A stretch of DNA of 64,000 nucleotides from positions 1,119 through 65,118 of the forward strand of contig CAZYRM010000015.1 of assembly GCA_964649705.1 (NCBI GenBank), read 5' to 3'. Origin of the DNA: an uncultured Planctomycetia bacterium. Lineage in GTDB: Bacteria; Planctomycetota; MHYJ01; WSZJ01; CAZYRM01. The notes beneath the pieces are model-generated. The model worked only from the letters and a program-made list of their open reading frames with translations, ran no database searches and was not told the origin of the DNA. This document shows, piece after piece, positions 7,196 through 16,363 of the stretch. The translations under genes were made by a program, and so were the position numbers. Positions within the stretch are counted from its first letter, which is position 1. Each line of letters starts with the position of its first letter.

Positions 7196-10100
7196 TCAGC
7201 GTACAAGCTCCATCCGTGCCTCCTCGGCGGCGTCTCCTTCCTGGCAGAACCTCACCAGCTCCGGGTACTTCTCCGTCGCCATTACCTGCGGCCCGATCTC
7301 GAGCTCGTGCCTCACCCGCACCGCGTCTCCCTCCATCCGCCACGTGATCGCCAACCGCCCGATCTCCCCCTGCAGGAGCACGTCCTCGGGCAGCTTCCCG
7401 ACCCGCCATCCGTCGGGGATGCGGATGACCGCCTCGGTCCGCGAGGCCTCCCACGACGGGATCCTGAGCGGCACCGTCCGCTCGCGCTCCTGGCAGAAAT
7501 TGCTCCTCAGCTTCGACCGAGGCGCCGGCAAGGGGACCTCCATCCGCCCCCCGCGCATGCGCCCGAAGGAAGGCGTGCGGAAAGTCGCCTCGACCGAGAG
7601 GGGCGACCCCGCCTCTCCGAGGCCGGGCAGCTCCATCTCCTCGAGCTGGAAGCCCAGGAAGAAGTTCGCCAGGAGCGTCTGGAAGATCATCTTCCTCTGC
7701 GGCCCCTCGACGCCCAGGAGCCGGTCCTTGTACGCCGCCGCAGCCACGCCCCGAAGGTCCAGGCGGACCTTCCCGACCAGCGTCCCGTCCTCGGAAAGCT
7801 CCCCCTCGAGCGCGACCGTGTTCCCCGAGGCCGACGGCGGCGCCGACGGGATCGTCACGAACCGCGGCTGGCGCGGGTCCAGGATCAGCCCGTCTCCTCC
7901 CTGGGCCAGCTCGGAGACCTGGCCGGCCCCGAGGAGCCTCGCGTCGCCCGAGAGCCAGAGCGCACCGTCCGGAAGCGGCACGCGGAGGAGCGGAGAGACC
8001 CGACCCGCCGAGAAGACGTCGGACCGTGGGACGTCCCAGACCGCCTCCCCGACGAGGTCCTCGCGCGGCCTGACGGCCACCCAGTCGTACCGGACGCCCA
8101 TCGCGTCGAGGACCGCCGCCGTGAGCGTCAGGATCGACCCCGAGCGCGTGGAGAGGATCGACTGCGCGTCGCCAAACGACTCCGTGTCCTTCACCCAGCC
8201 CTGCGCGAACCGATAGGCGGCCTCGGCCGTCTGGCGCGGCCCGGCGGCCTTCTTCAAGAGCGGCTCCGCGACGCGGCGGATCTCCTCGGTCACGCGCGCC
8301 TGGCCGAGCAGCGACTCCCGCATCGTCTCCACGACCTCCGCCCACGTCCTGCGCTCCGCCACCATCACGTACGGCAGGAGGTCCGTGTCCGGCGGCGACT
8401 TCGACTGCCGCTCGAGCATCGGCAGCCCCTCCGCCTCCCAGACGACCGCTTTCCAGCCATTGGGCGCCTTCGCGACGCCGCGACGCACGACGGGGCAGCG
8501 GTCGAAGCCACGCTCGCGAACCACGAGCCCAAGCGACTCGGGCCACTCGATGGCGAACCGGACATAGGTCACGGGGCCGCTCCGCTCCGTGTCGTGGAAG
8601 AAGAGCGACAGCGACTGCCCCTCCGGCGCCGGGGGCACCTCGCGGCGGAACCGCGTCTCGATCACGGAGCCGGGAACGAGGCCCGGCATCGTCAGCGTGC
8701 CTCCCTGGCCGATCTGGCTCGGCGAAAGGACCTTCCCGTCGGGGCGGAGGTTCCGCGCTTCGAGGATCGCCCCTTCCAGGCCCACCGCGCCGCCCGCCTC
8801 GACCGCCTCCTGCGTGTTGAGGCGGATCGCCTGGTGCGTCCAGACCGTCGCCGACCCGTCCGCGCGGAAGCGGACCACGACCTGGCGGAAGAGGTGATCG
8901 ACGGGTGCGCCGATCGGCCGCGGGGCCGCGCGCATCGCCTCGACGGCGTCGAGCCGGTACGCCTCCGGCGGCTCCTCCGACTCGCCTCGCAGCTCCGCAA
9001 GGAGAGCGAGAGACGGGCCATCCGATGGGTCGATCGAGAGCGCCTTCTCGAGGAGCGCGATTCCCTCCTCGTCGCGGCCGGAGCGGAGGAACAACTCGCC
9101 CATCCGCCTCGGATACGACGCCTCCTCGGGGACCAGCTTCCAGGCCTCACCGTAGGCATCCAGCGCGTCCCTGGTCCTCCCGGCATCGGCGAGGGCCTCC
9201 GCGAGGGCCGCGTGCGCCCCCGGATCGGACAGGTCCTGCCCGACTTCGGCCCGGGCGAAGGCGATCGTCCCCTCCAGGTCCCCGGTGGCCTTCGCCAGCG
9301 CCGCGATCTGACGCCTCGCGGAGGTCGACTTCGCCGAGAGGGCCTCGAATCGCTCCTTCGCCTGGGGGTAGTTCCCGAGGACGACCGACTCCATCGCGAG
9401 CCCCTCCGCGGCCGTGAGCGCTCCGGCGGCGCGGCGCTCCAGCTCCTCGAGGGCGTGGCGGGCTTCGATCCCCCACCCCTCGTCCTGCAGGATCTGGGAG
9501 GAGAGCAGCGGCCCGGCGAAGTGCGTCGGGTTGATCTCGGAGGCGCGCCTCAGCGCATCGAGGGCCTTGTCCGCGTGATGGTCCCGCTTGTAATACAGCG
9601 CAAGGTCCTCGAGCGCGGGGACGAACGAGGGGTCGATCGCGAGCGCCTTGTCGTACCAATCCTTCGCGCGGTTCCGCCGCTCGCTCTCGGGGACGTGCTC
9701 CGCCGTGTCGTAGAGCTCTCCGAGGAGGCAGGCGACGTGGGCGGACTTCGGGAGCAGCTCGACCGACCGCACGCCGGCGGCGAGGGCGCGATCGGGGACC
9801 TCTTCCTCGGAGAGGAGGAAGGCGCGCATGCTCGCGGCCCAGCCGCTCTCCCGCTCGACGGCCTCGTACGCGGCGAGCGCGCCCCAGGTGGACCACCGCG
9901 AGTCGCGGGCGGGCGCGCCGCAGGGGTGGAGCCCGGTTCCTTCCTCTTCGGCGAGGGCCAGCGGCTCGCCGCGGGCGTCCAGGAGACGGACGCGGAAGCC
10001 CTCCTCGTTGAGGAGCGACTTCACGACGACGCGGTTCCAGCCCGCGGAGAGGCGGACGGGGGCGACGAGCGTGCGGGGCAGCCAGGCGCGGAAGCGGTCG

Positions 10101-10726
10101 ACGTCCGGGAGGAGGCCCTCGTTCCACCAGACGCGGAGGGGGCCGCCGCACTCGACCCAGAGGAAGGCATCCGCGTCCGCCTCGGCGCGGACCTGGCAGA
10201 GCGCGTAGGCCGCGCCCTGGAGGGGGCGGAGGTAGCGGGAGGGGACCACGGGGACGAGGCCGGGGTACGGCCGCCACGAGCAGTCCGCGCCGCGTTCCGG
10301 CGCGAAGGAGGTCTCGAACGATGCGGCGTCGGTGCGGCCGTAGGGTCCCGAGACGCGCCAGTGGGAGAGGTCGCCGTCCCGGGCGCGGACCGTCAGCGCC
10401 GCCGCGTGGTCGCCCGTCTCGTCGAGCAGGCGCGCGACGTTGCGACGCAGGTGGAAGGCGTTGGGGCCGGAGAGGGCGCCATCGAGCTCGCGCAGGCGCG
10501 GCAGGTACGCCGTGGGGTCGGGGACGAAGACCTCGACGTTCTTCCAGGCGCGGAGGACGACCTCGACCTGGGGTGCCTCGGGGTTCGCGGCGGCGAGCGC
10601 CAGCCACTCGTCGAAGAGGCCGACGTAGTCGCCGCGCCGCCACGCCTCGGACTCCAGGACCTTGCGGTCGAGGTCGTCCTCCGCGCAGGCGGCTAGGGCC
10701 AGGACCAGGAGGAGGAGGATCGGCAT
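7196..10726 (-). CDS. Secreted/lipoprotein TPR + DUF3857 + degenerate transglutaminase-like protein
   Basis: LALAAC N-terminus; WRVSGPY jelly-roll module; TPRs; RQVVVRFRADGS...PGSVIE (DUF3857-like); no catalytic Cys visible. Confidence 0.75.
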   Translation of the reverse strand: MPILLLLVLALAACAEDDLDRKVLESEAWRRGDYVGLFDEWLALAAANPEAPQVEVVLRAWKNVEVFVPDPTAYLPRLRELDGALSGPNAFHLRRNVARLLDETGDHAAALTVRARDGDLSHWRVSGPYGRTDAASFETSFAPERGADCSWRPYPGLVPVVPSRYLRPLQGAAYALCQVRAEADADAFLWVECGGPLRVWWNEGLLPDVDRFRAWLPRTLVAPVRLSAGWNRVVVKSLLNEEGFRVRLLDARGEPLALAEEEGTGLHPCGAPARDSRWSTWGALAAYEAVERESGWAASMRAFLLSEEEVPDRALAAGVRSVELLPKSAHVACLLGELYDTAEHVPESERRNRAKDWYDKALAIDPSFVPALEDLALYYKRDHHADKALDALRRASEINPTHFAGPLLSSQILQDEGWGIEARHALEELERRAAGALTAAEGLAMESVVLGNYPQAKERFEALSAKSTSARRQIAALAKATGDLEGTIAFARAEVGQDLSDPGAHAALAEALADAGRTRDALDAYGEAWKLVPEEASYPRRMGELFLRSGRDEEGIALLEKALSIDPSDGPSLALLAELRGESEEPPEAYRLDAVEAMRAAPRPIGAPVDHLFRQVVVRFRADGSATVWTHQAIRLNTQEAVEAGGAVGLEGAILEARNLRPDGKVLSPSQIGQGGTLTMPGLVPGSVIETRFRREVPPAPEGQSLSLFFHDTERSGPVTYVRFAIEWPESLGLVVRERGFDRCPVVRRGVAKAPNGWKAVVWEAEGLPMLERQSKSPPDTDLLPYVMVAERRTWAEVVETMRESLLGQARVTEEIRRVAEPLLKKAAGPRQTAEAAYRFAQGWVKDTESFGDAQSILSTRSGSILTLTAAVLDAMGVRYDWVAVRPREDLVGEAVWDVPRSDVFSAGRVSPLLRVPLPDGALWLSGDARLLGAGQVSELAQGGDGLILDPRQPRFVTIPSAPPSASGNTVALEGELSEDGTLVGKVRLDLRGVAAAAYKDRLLGVEGPQRKMIFQTLLANFFLGFQLEEMELPGLGEAGSPLSVEATFRTPSFGRMRGGRMEVPLPAPRSKLRSNFCQERERTVPLRIPSWEASRTEAVIRIPDGWRVGKLPEDVLLQGEIGRLAITWRMEGDAVRVRHELEIGPQVMATEKYPELVRFCQEGDAAEEARMELVR

Positions 10727-10730
10727 CGAG

Positions 10731-12650
10731 CTACGGGAACCTCAACTGCGACAGGAACTCCTCGAACGCCTTGGCGTCGTCCACGAACGACGGCGTGTCC
10801 TTCGCCGAGAAAAGGGCGAGGAACGTGCGACCGCCCTCCTGGAGGAGCGCCAGCCGGTAGCGCATCGTGACGCCCTGGGTCCTACCCGTGATCTCGCTTC
10901 GGTACGTCCGCCGCCCGCCGTCCTCCGCGAGGTCCGCCGAGACGACCTTCAGGTCCGTGAGCACGCCCGTCAGCGCCCCCTGCAGCTCCTGCGCGCTCTC
11001 CATGGAGAGCGGCCCGGCGCCGAGGAGGGGACGGATCTGCATCACGGCCCGCTCCTTCTGGAATACGGCCGCGTCCGCTTCGGCGAGGAGCTTGTGGTCC
11101 CAGCCCTCGGGCCGCGGATACGAGACGCCCCAGCCGAAGTGCTCCACGCGGTCCGCGGCGACCTGGACGAGGTCGTCCTTCTCCGAGAGGACGCGCTCCC
11201 CGCCCGCTCCGCGCACCGAGGCGACGGACACCTTCGCGCGGCCGAAGAAACGCATCATGCGGGCCGTCGTCTCGCCCGAGAGGGCCCCCTCGTCCGCGAA
11301 GCCGAAGTGGAGGTAGGCTGGCGGCGTGCCGACCGCGTCGAGCGTGGCGTCCACGGGCAGCCACTTCCCGACCCACACCTCCGTCCACTGGTGGTACCCG
11401 GCCTCCTTGCCGATCCACATGAGCCCCGAGGCCGACCGCGCCGGGACGCCCGACGCGCGGCAGAGCGCCGCGACGAGCACCGCGTGCTCGGTGCAGTCGC
11501 CCGAGCCCTCCACGAGCGTCTCCTTCGCCGTCTTCGCCCCGACGATGCTCGACTCCTTCTTGAGCGTGCGATAGACCCAGTGCACGATCTTCGCGGCCGC
11601 CGCAAGCGCGTCCTTCTCCTCGCCGACGATCTCCTTCGCCTTCGCCTGGATCTCCGTGTCGTCCGAGCTGCAGCGGGGCGTCGACCTGAGGAACTCCGCC
11701 ACGGAGGCCTCCGCGACGGGGCGCTGGACGGTCGGCCCCGACGGCGCGGGCTGCGCGAGGAGCGTCACCGAGATCACCTCCCCGGAGGCGGAGACCCGAT
11801 GGTACGGCTCCTCCGGGATGAGGTCCTTCGTGTCGCCCCCCTCCAGGCGGATGGAGAGCGTGACCTCCGTGAAGCGGCCCGGGAAGAGGATCACCGGCTT
11901 CACCGGCAGCATGTTCTCGAGTTCCTTGATGGCGGCGAATCCCTTGGCGTCCGCCTCCGTCGTCAGCTTCATCGCGAGCGGCCCGGCCTTCATCTGCACC
12001 ACGAACCCGTCGTCGCGGATCCAGAGCGACATGGGGAAGTTCTTGTAGAGGGAGTTCTCGATCCGCAGCCTCATCGCGTCGTGGTCCGCGCCGGCAAGGC
12101 TGAGCGTCTCCCTCTCCTCGGCGAGGATCGTCACGTCCGCGATCGCCAACTCGCGCGTCTCGATCGAGTGGTCCTGCACGGAATTCCCCGCATCGAGGCG
12201 GAGCGAGGCGTAGTACTGCCCGCTCTGGTCGTGGATCGTCCTCCCCTCGAGGTCCAGCTCCTTCTCCTCGACCTTGTCGTTCACTTTCTTCCGGATGCGG
12301 ACCTTGCCGTCGTGGACGACGACCTCCTCCTCCGAGATCTGCTCCCCCTCCTCGCGGCGGGACTTCGAGAACAGGGGAACGAAGTCGATCGACGCGTAGG
12401 CCTCCTCCTCGGTCCGCGTCACGGACACGACGCCGCGCGCCCTGATCCGGAGCTCCTGCTTGGACTTCGTCCACCACGCCGGCTGACCCTCGTACTCCGT
12501 CCGCTCGATCGCCGTGTGCGACCAGCCGACCTTCTGGCCGTTGATGTAGTACTCGTGCCACAGGTCGCGATGGTCCGCCCCCTCGGCGGAGAGCCTCGTG
12601 ACGAGGGCCAGGATCGCGATCGGCAGCCAGCATCCCGTTCGGCGGGTCAT
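10731..12650 (-). CDS. Secreted transglutaminase-like domain protein
   Basis: Signal peptide; Cys-His-Asp triad in GDCTEHA...ASGVPAR, YHQW and VDAT. Confidence 0.88.
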   Translation of the reverse strand: MTRRTGCWLPIAILALVTRLSAEGADHRDLWHEYYINGQKVGWSHTAIERTEYEGQPAWWTKSKQELRIRARGVVSVTRTEEEAYASIDFVPLFSKSRREEGEQISEEEVVVHDGKVRIRKKVNDKVEEKELDLEGRTIHDQSGQYYASLRLDAGNSVQDHSIETRELAIADVTILAEERETLSLAGADHDAMRLRIENSLYKNFPMSLWIRDDGFVVQMKAGPLAMKLTTEADAKGFAAIKELENMLPVKPVILFPGRFTEVTLSIRLEGGDTKDLIPEEPYHRVSASGEVISVTLLAQPAPSGPTVQRPVAEASVAEFLRSTPRCSSDDTEIQAKAKEIVGEEKDALAAAAKIVHWVYRTLKKESSIVGAKTAKETLVEGSGDCTEHAVLVAALCRASGVPARSASGLMWIGKEAGYHQWTEVWVGKWLPVDATLDAVGTPPAYLHFGFADEGALSGETTARMMRFFGRAKVSVASVRGAGGERVLSEKDDLVQVAADRVEHFGWGVSYPRPEGWDHKLLAEADAAVFQKERAVMQIRPLLGAGPLSMESAQELQGALTGVLTDLKVVSADLAEDGGRRTYRSEITGRTQGVTMRYRLALLQEGGRTFLALFSAKDTPSFVDDAKAFEEFLSQLRFP

Positions 12651-12651
12651 C

Positions 12652-15600
12652 TCACTTCTCCATGCGCTCGAGGACCACCTCCTGGTCCTCCCAACGGTCG
12701 AGGTCCTGGCACAGGCCCCTGTAGGCGGCGTAGTCGGCCGGCGAGACGCGCGGCGCCTTCACCGAGAAGCTGCGGCGGAGGACGATCTCCTCCCCGTCGA
12801 CCTCGTACGAGGCCTTCGCGCCCGCGACCGGGGTCTCGATCTCGAGAGGAGAGGGGAGCGACGCCGCCCTCAGCCCCTCGGGGAGCGCGAAGCGGACCTC
12901 CAGCTCCGACGACTTCGGCGCGGAGAGGAGGAGGTCGTGCGTCCGCGTGATGAGAGGGCAGTCTTCGGAGAGCGCAAGGGGGAACGGGGATGCGGGGAAC
13001 GTGGCCCCCTCGCCCCTCTTCCGAGCGTACGAGGGGACCTCGACGCGGTACCGGTAGCTCACGGGCACGTCGACGTCCTCGAGGTCGGAGAACTCTTCGT
13101 CGGCGACGCGGCACGCCCCGAAACGGCGGCCCCACTGCTGCTCGATCGCCTCGGTCCGACGGTTCTCGGCGGAGTAGATCGCGCGGTCCAGGGCCCCCTC
13201 GAGGCCGACCGGCTCGACCGTGACCACGGCCTGCGCGGAGCCGTCCGCGGCGAGCGCCACGCGCGCCCGCACGACGCGGCGGTTGTCCTCGGGGCGCCCC
13301 CAGGGGACCTCGGCGATCCGCCCGCCGTCCTCCTCGACGACGAGGACCGTCGCCCCGCGGTCCATCTCGGGGAGCGTGTCCATCGGGTGCATCGTCGCCG
13401 TCCCGTCGAGCCACAGCTCGCCGCCGCCGGGGAGCGTGACGACCGCGATGCAGTGGTTGAAGTGCTCCATCATCGGGCTCGCGAGGTCGTCCCGGCCGTG
13501 CGGCGCGTCGGCGTGGATGATCACGGGCCTCGCCTTGATCCCGAGCTCGCCGAGCATCACGCAGATCAACGTGGCCTTGTCCTTGCAGTCGCCGAAGCCC
13601 CTGCGGAGGATCTGGCTCGCGCGGTACGGCTGGAACCCGTGCACGCCGAACTCCCACGCCTGGTAGGGGACCTTCTGCGAGACGAAGTTGTAGACGGCCT
13701 GGACCCGCGCGACCGGGTCGTCGATCCCCCTGGTCAGCTCCCGGACCTTCGAGCGGACGTCCTCGTCGACGTCCCACTGCCCCTTGACCATGCTCCAGTA
13801 CCAGGCGCCGAACTCCTTCCACCCCGCGAAGCTCGCCACCTCGGCCGTGGGGACGACTTCGGACAGGTCGGGCATCCCGGGTTCCGCCTGGACCCGGGCC
13901 GCGTTGCGGACCTCCCACACGTAGGCCTTCTCGTCGGGCGTCCTCCCCTCGCCGATCGTCGGCTCCGGGCTGCCGTTCCGCGCGTGGAGGTGCAGCTTCC
14001 TTGCCGAGGGCGCGAGGAGGACCATGCGCGAGCGGACGAGCGGGTACTGCGCGGCGAAGAAGAAGCGGATCCCGAAGTAGTCTCCGAAGAACCCCTGGCG
14101 CAGCTCCTCCGCGCGATACTCCAGGTCGACGATGTCGCCCACGGCGAGCGGCGGGAAGTCGATGCTGGAGGCCCCCTCGGACGGCACGCGCGCCTCGTCG
14201 ACGCGCCCGTCGGGGTGGACGACGCGCGCCGTGAGCACCTTGAGCGTCTCCTCCCCAGGGTTGGCGGGGAGGCCCATCACGTCGAACTCGCGGATCGACT
14301 TCTCGTCGAGAATCTCCACGATCCAGTGCGTGTACTGGCCCTTGGTGCCGTCGGGGTGGAGGCGGACGACGAGCTCGTCGAGGAGATACCTCGCGTGCGC
14401 CGCGGGGTCCTTGGGCGCCGCCTTCCCGTCCGCGAGGGCCTCCTCGAACGGCACACGGTAGCGGGCCTCGTACGACTCCTGCTCGGCGGAGAGGTGCTCG
14501 AGGAAGCGGCGGAGCCTCGCGTCGTTCGGGTCGGCGTCGAGGGCGCGCTTCCAGCCCGCGAGGGCCTCCTCGCGGCGGCCCAGCCGGTCCAGGAGCCTCG
14601 CCCGAGTCTCGTGCAGGGACGAGGCCTCGGGGGCGATCCCGAGCGCGAGGTCGCACTCCGCGATCGCCTCCTCGTACTTCCCCGCGGCCTCGAGCGCGCC
14701 GACCTTCACGCTCCGCGCGTCGACGGAGAGGGGGACGGCGTCGACGGACTGCTGGCAGGCACGGGCCAGCCCGTCGAGGTCCCCCTGGGCGCGGAGGCAG
14801 CGCATCCAGGCGTTCCGCAGGTCGTCGTCCATCGGATCGATGGCGAGCGCCCGCTCGACCACGGCGCGGGCGTCGGCGACGCGCCCCTCGCCGAGGAGGG
14901 CCTCCGTCTGCCTCTCAAGCGCCGCGGTCTGGTCGGGGAAGTCCTGGGCCAGGTCGTCCACGCGGCGGCGCGCAAGCGGCGCGAGTCCGCGTGCGCCGAG
15001 GAGGTCGATCTCGAGGACGCGGGCCACCAGGTTCCGCGGGTGCCTTGCGACGACCTCGCGGACGAGGTCGGTGGACTTCCGCCCCCGGGCGAGCGTCTTG
15101 GCCTCGATCCGCGCCAGTTCCAGCGTCGCGGGGTCGTACTCCGGGACGTCGGCGAGGAGCGCGACGAGCCGCGTGCGGACTTCGTTCTCCTCCTGCTCGG
15201 CCGCCATCGAGGCGCTCTCACGGAAGGAGAGGGCGTGGGCGAAGCGGTAGTGGGCGTTCTCGTCGTCGAGCTCGGCGGCCGCGCGGTACTGCTCGCGGTC
15301 GTCGCGGCGCTCGCGAGGCTGGAGCCGCCGGGCGGCGATCAGGGAGCCGAGGTGGTACCGCTCGCGCGCGGTCGCCTTGCCGGTCGATGCGCGGGCGCGG
15401 AGCCTTGCGAGGTCCTCGGCCGGCGGGGCGCCCTGCGGCGAGATGGACGGTTCCTGAGCCCCCTCCGGCGGAGACGTGCGCACCTCGGCGGGGTGGAGCG
15501 CGCGTCCCTCGCGGTCGGTGAGGCGGAGGCGGAAGCCCCAGCTCCCCGAGAGGTCTCCGACCTTCACGACGAGGCGATGCCATCCTTCACCGATCGGCAA

Positions 15601-16353
15601 TGGGACGACGTCCTGGTCAAGCGCGGCGTCCCGCCGCACGTCCCGCTCGGCCGCGAGCTTCCCGTCGAGCCACATACGGAACCCCTCGTCGGAGGCGATC
15701 CGCGCGACCACGCCGTCCGATTTCTCCAGGCGGACCCACATCGTCGCGTACGCGCAGGCCTGGTCGTTCGGGCGGAAGAGGGCGTCGAAATCCACGGTCC
15801 CGAGGCACGGCGGCACTGGGATCGGACGCCAGCCGACGTCGCGGACCTTCCCGCGGAACGTCGCGTCGGCGTCGAACTCCCCCTCTGGGCCGTCCACGCG
15901 CGAGAGCCCCTGGCCCTCCTGGTTGTCGAACGGGCCGCAGACGAGCCAGTCGGTGAGGAACCCGAGCTCCTCAGCGCGGGCCCGGGCGTCCGCGATCCGG
16001 CCCAATCGCAGGAGGATGGTCGCGAGGTTCCAGTCGCGGCGCGCGTCGACGAGCGGCCAGTCCTCGAGCGCGAGGGCGGCCAGGACCTCGGCGGCCTCGG
16101 TGAGGCGCCCCCCCTGGAGCGCGGCGTCGGTGTAGCGGTCGAGGGCGTAGCTGGCCCACTCGGCCGACTCGGCGTCATCGTCGTCGACGGAGGCCTCGAG
16201 CGCCTCCCTCCACGCCGTCACGGCGGCGGCGAGGTCCCCTTCGGCCTCGGCGGCCAGGGCGCGGTCTTCTGCCTCCTCGGCGTCGTCGACGTCGGCGCGC
16301 GCCATCGCGCAGGAGGCCGCAAGGAGGGCCGCGAGGAGCAGTCGCCTGGTCAT
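12652..16353 (-). CDS. Secreted TPR + DUF3857 + transglutaminase-like protein
   Basis: MTRRLLLAALLAASC signal; WLVCGPFDN module; TPRs; GDCKDKATL, FNHCI, WLDGT. Confidence 0.88.
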   Translation of the reverse strand: MTRRLLLAALLAASCAMARADVDDAEEAEDRALAAEAEGDLAAAVTAWREALEASVDDDDAESAEWASYALDRYTDAALQGGRLTEAAEVLAALALEDWPLVDARRDWNLATILLRLGRIADARARAEELGFLTDWLVCGPFDNQEGQGLSRVDGPEGEFDADATFRGKVRDVGWRPIPVPPCLGTVDFDALFRPNDQACAYATMWVRLEKSDGVVARIASDEGFRMWLDGKLAAERDVRRDAALDQDVVPLPIGEGWHRLVVKVGDLSGSWGFRLRLTDREGRALHPAEVRTSPPEGAQEPSISPQGAPPAEDLARLRARASTGKATARERYHLGSLIAARRLQPRERRDDREQYRAAAELDDENAHYRFAHALSFRESASMAAEQEENEVRTRLVALLADVPEYDPATLELARIEAKTLARGRKSTDLVREVVARHPRNLVARVLEIDLLGARGLAPLARRRVDDLAQDFPDQTAALERQTEALLGEGRVADARAVVERALAIDPMDDDLRNAWMRCLRAQGDLDGLARACQQSVDAVPLSVDARSVKVGALEAAGKYEEAIAECDLALGIAPEASSLHETRARLLDRLGRREEALAGWKRALDADPNDARLRRFLEHLSAEQESYEARYRVPFEEALADGKAAPKDPAAHARYLLDELVVRLHPDGTKGQYTHWIVEILDEKSIREFDVMGLPANPGEETLKVLTARVVHPDGRVDEARVPSEGASSIDFPPLAVGDIVDLEYRAEELRQGFFGDYFGIRFFFAAQYPLVRSRMVLLAPSARKLHLHARNGSPEPTIGEGRTPDEKAYVWEVRNAARVQAEPGMPDLSEVVPTAEVASFAGWKEFGAWYWSMVKGQWDVDEDVRSKVRELTRGIDDPVARVQAVYNFVSQKVPYQAWEFGVHGFQPYRASQILRRGFGDCKDKATLICVMLGELGIKARPVIIHADAPHGRDDLASPMMEHFNHCIAVVTLPGGGELWLDGTATMHPMDTLPEMDRGATVLVVEEDGGRIAEVPWGRPEDNRRVVRARVALAADGSAQAVVTVEPVGLEGALDRAIYSAENRRTEAIEQQWGRRFGACRVADEEFSDLEDVDVPVSYRYRVEVPSYARKRGEGATFPASPFPLALSEDCPLITRTHDLLLSAPKSSELEVRFALPEGLRAASLPSPLEIETPVAGAKASYEVDGEEIVLRRSFSVKAPRVSPADYAAYRGLCQDLDRWEDQEVVLERMEK

Positions 16354-16363
16354 CGTGCCCCCG

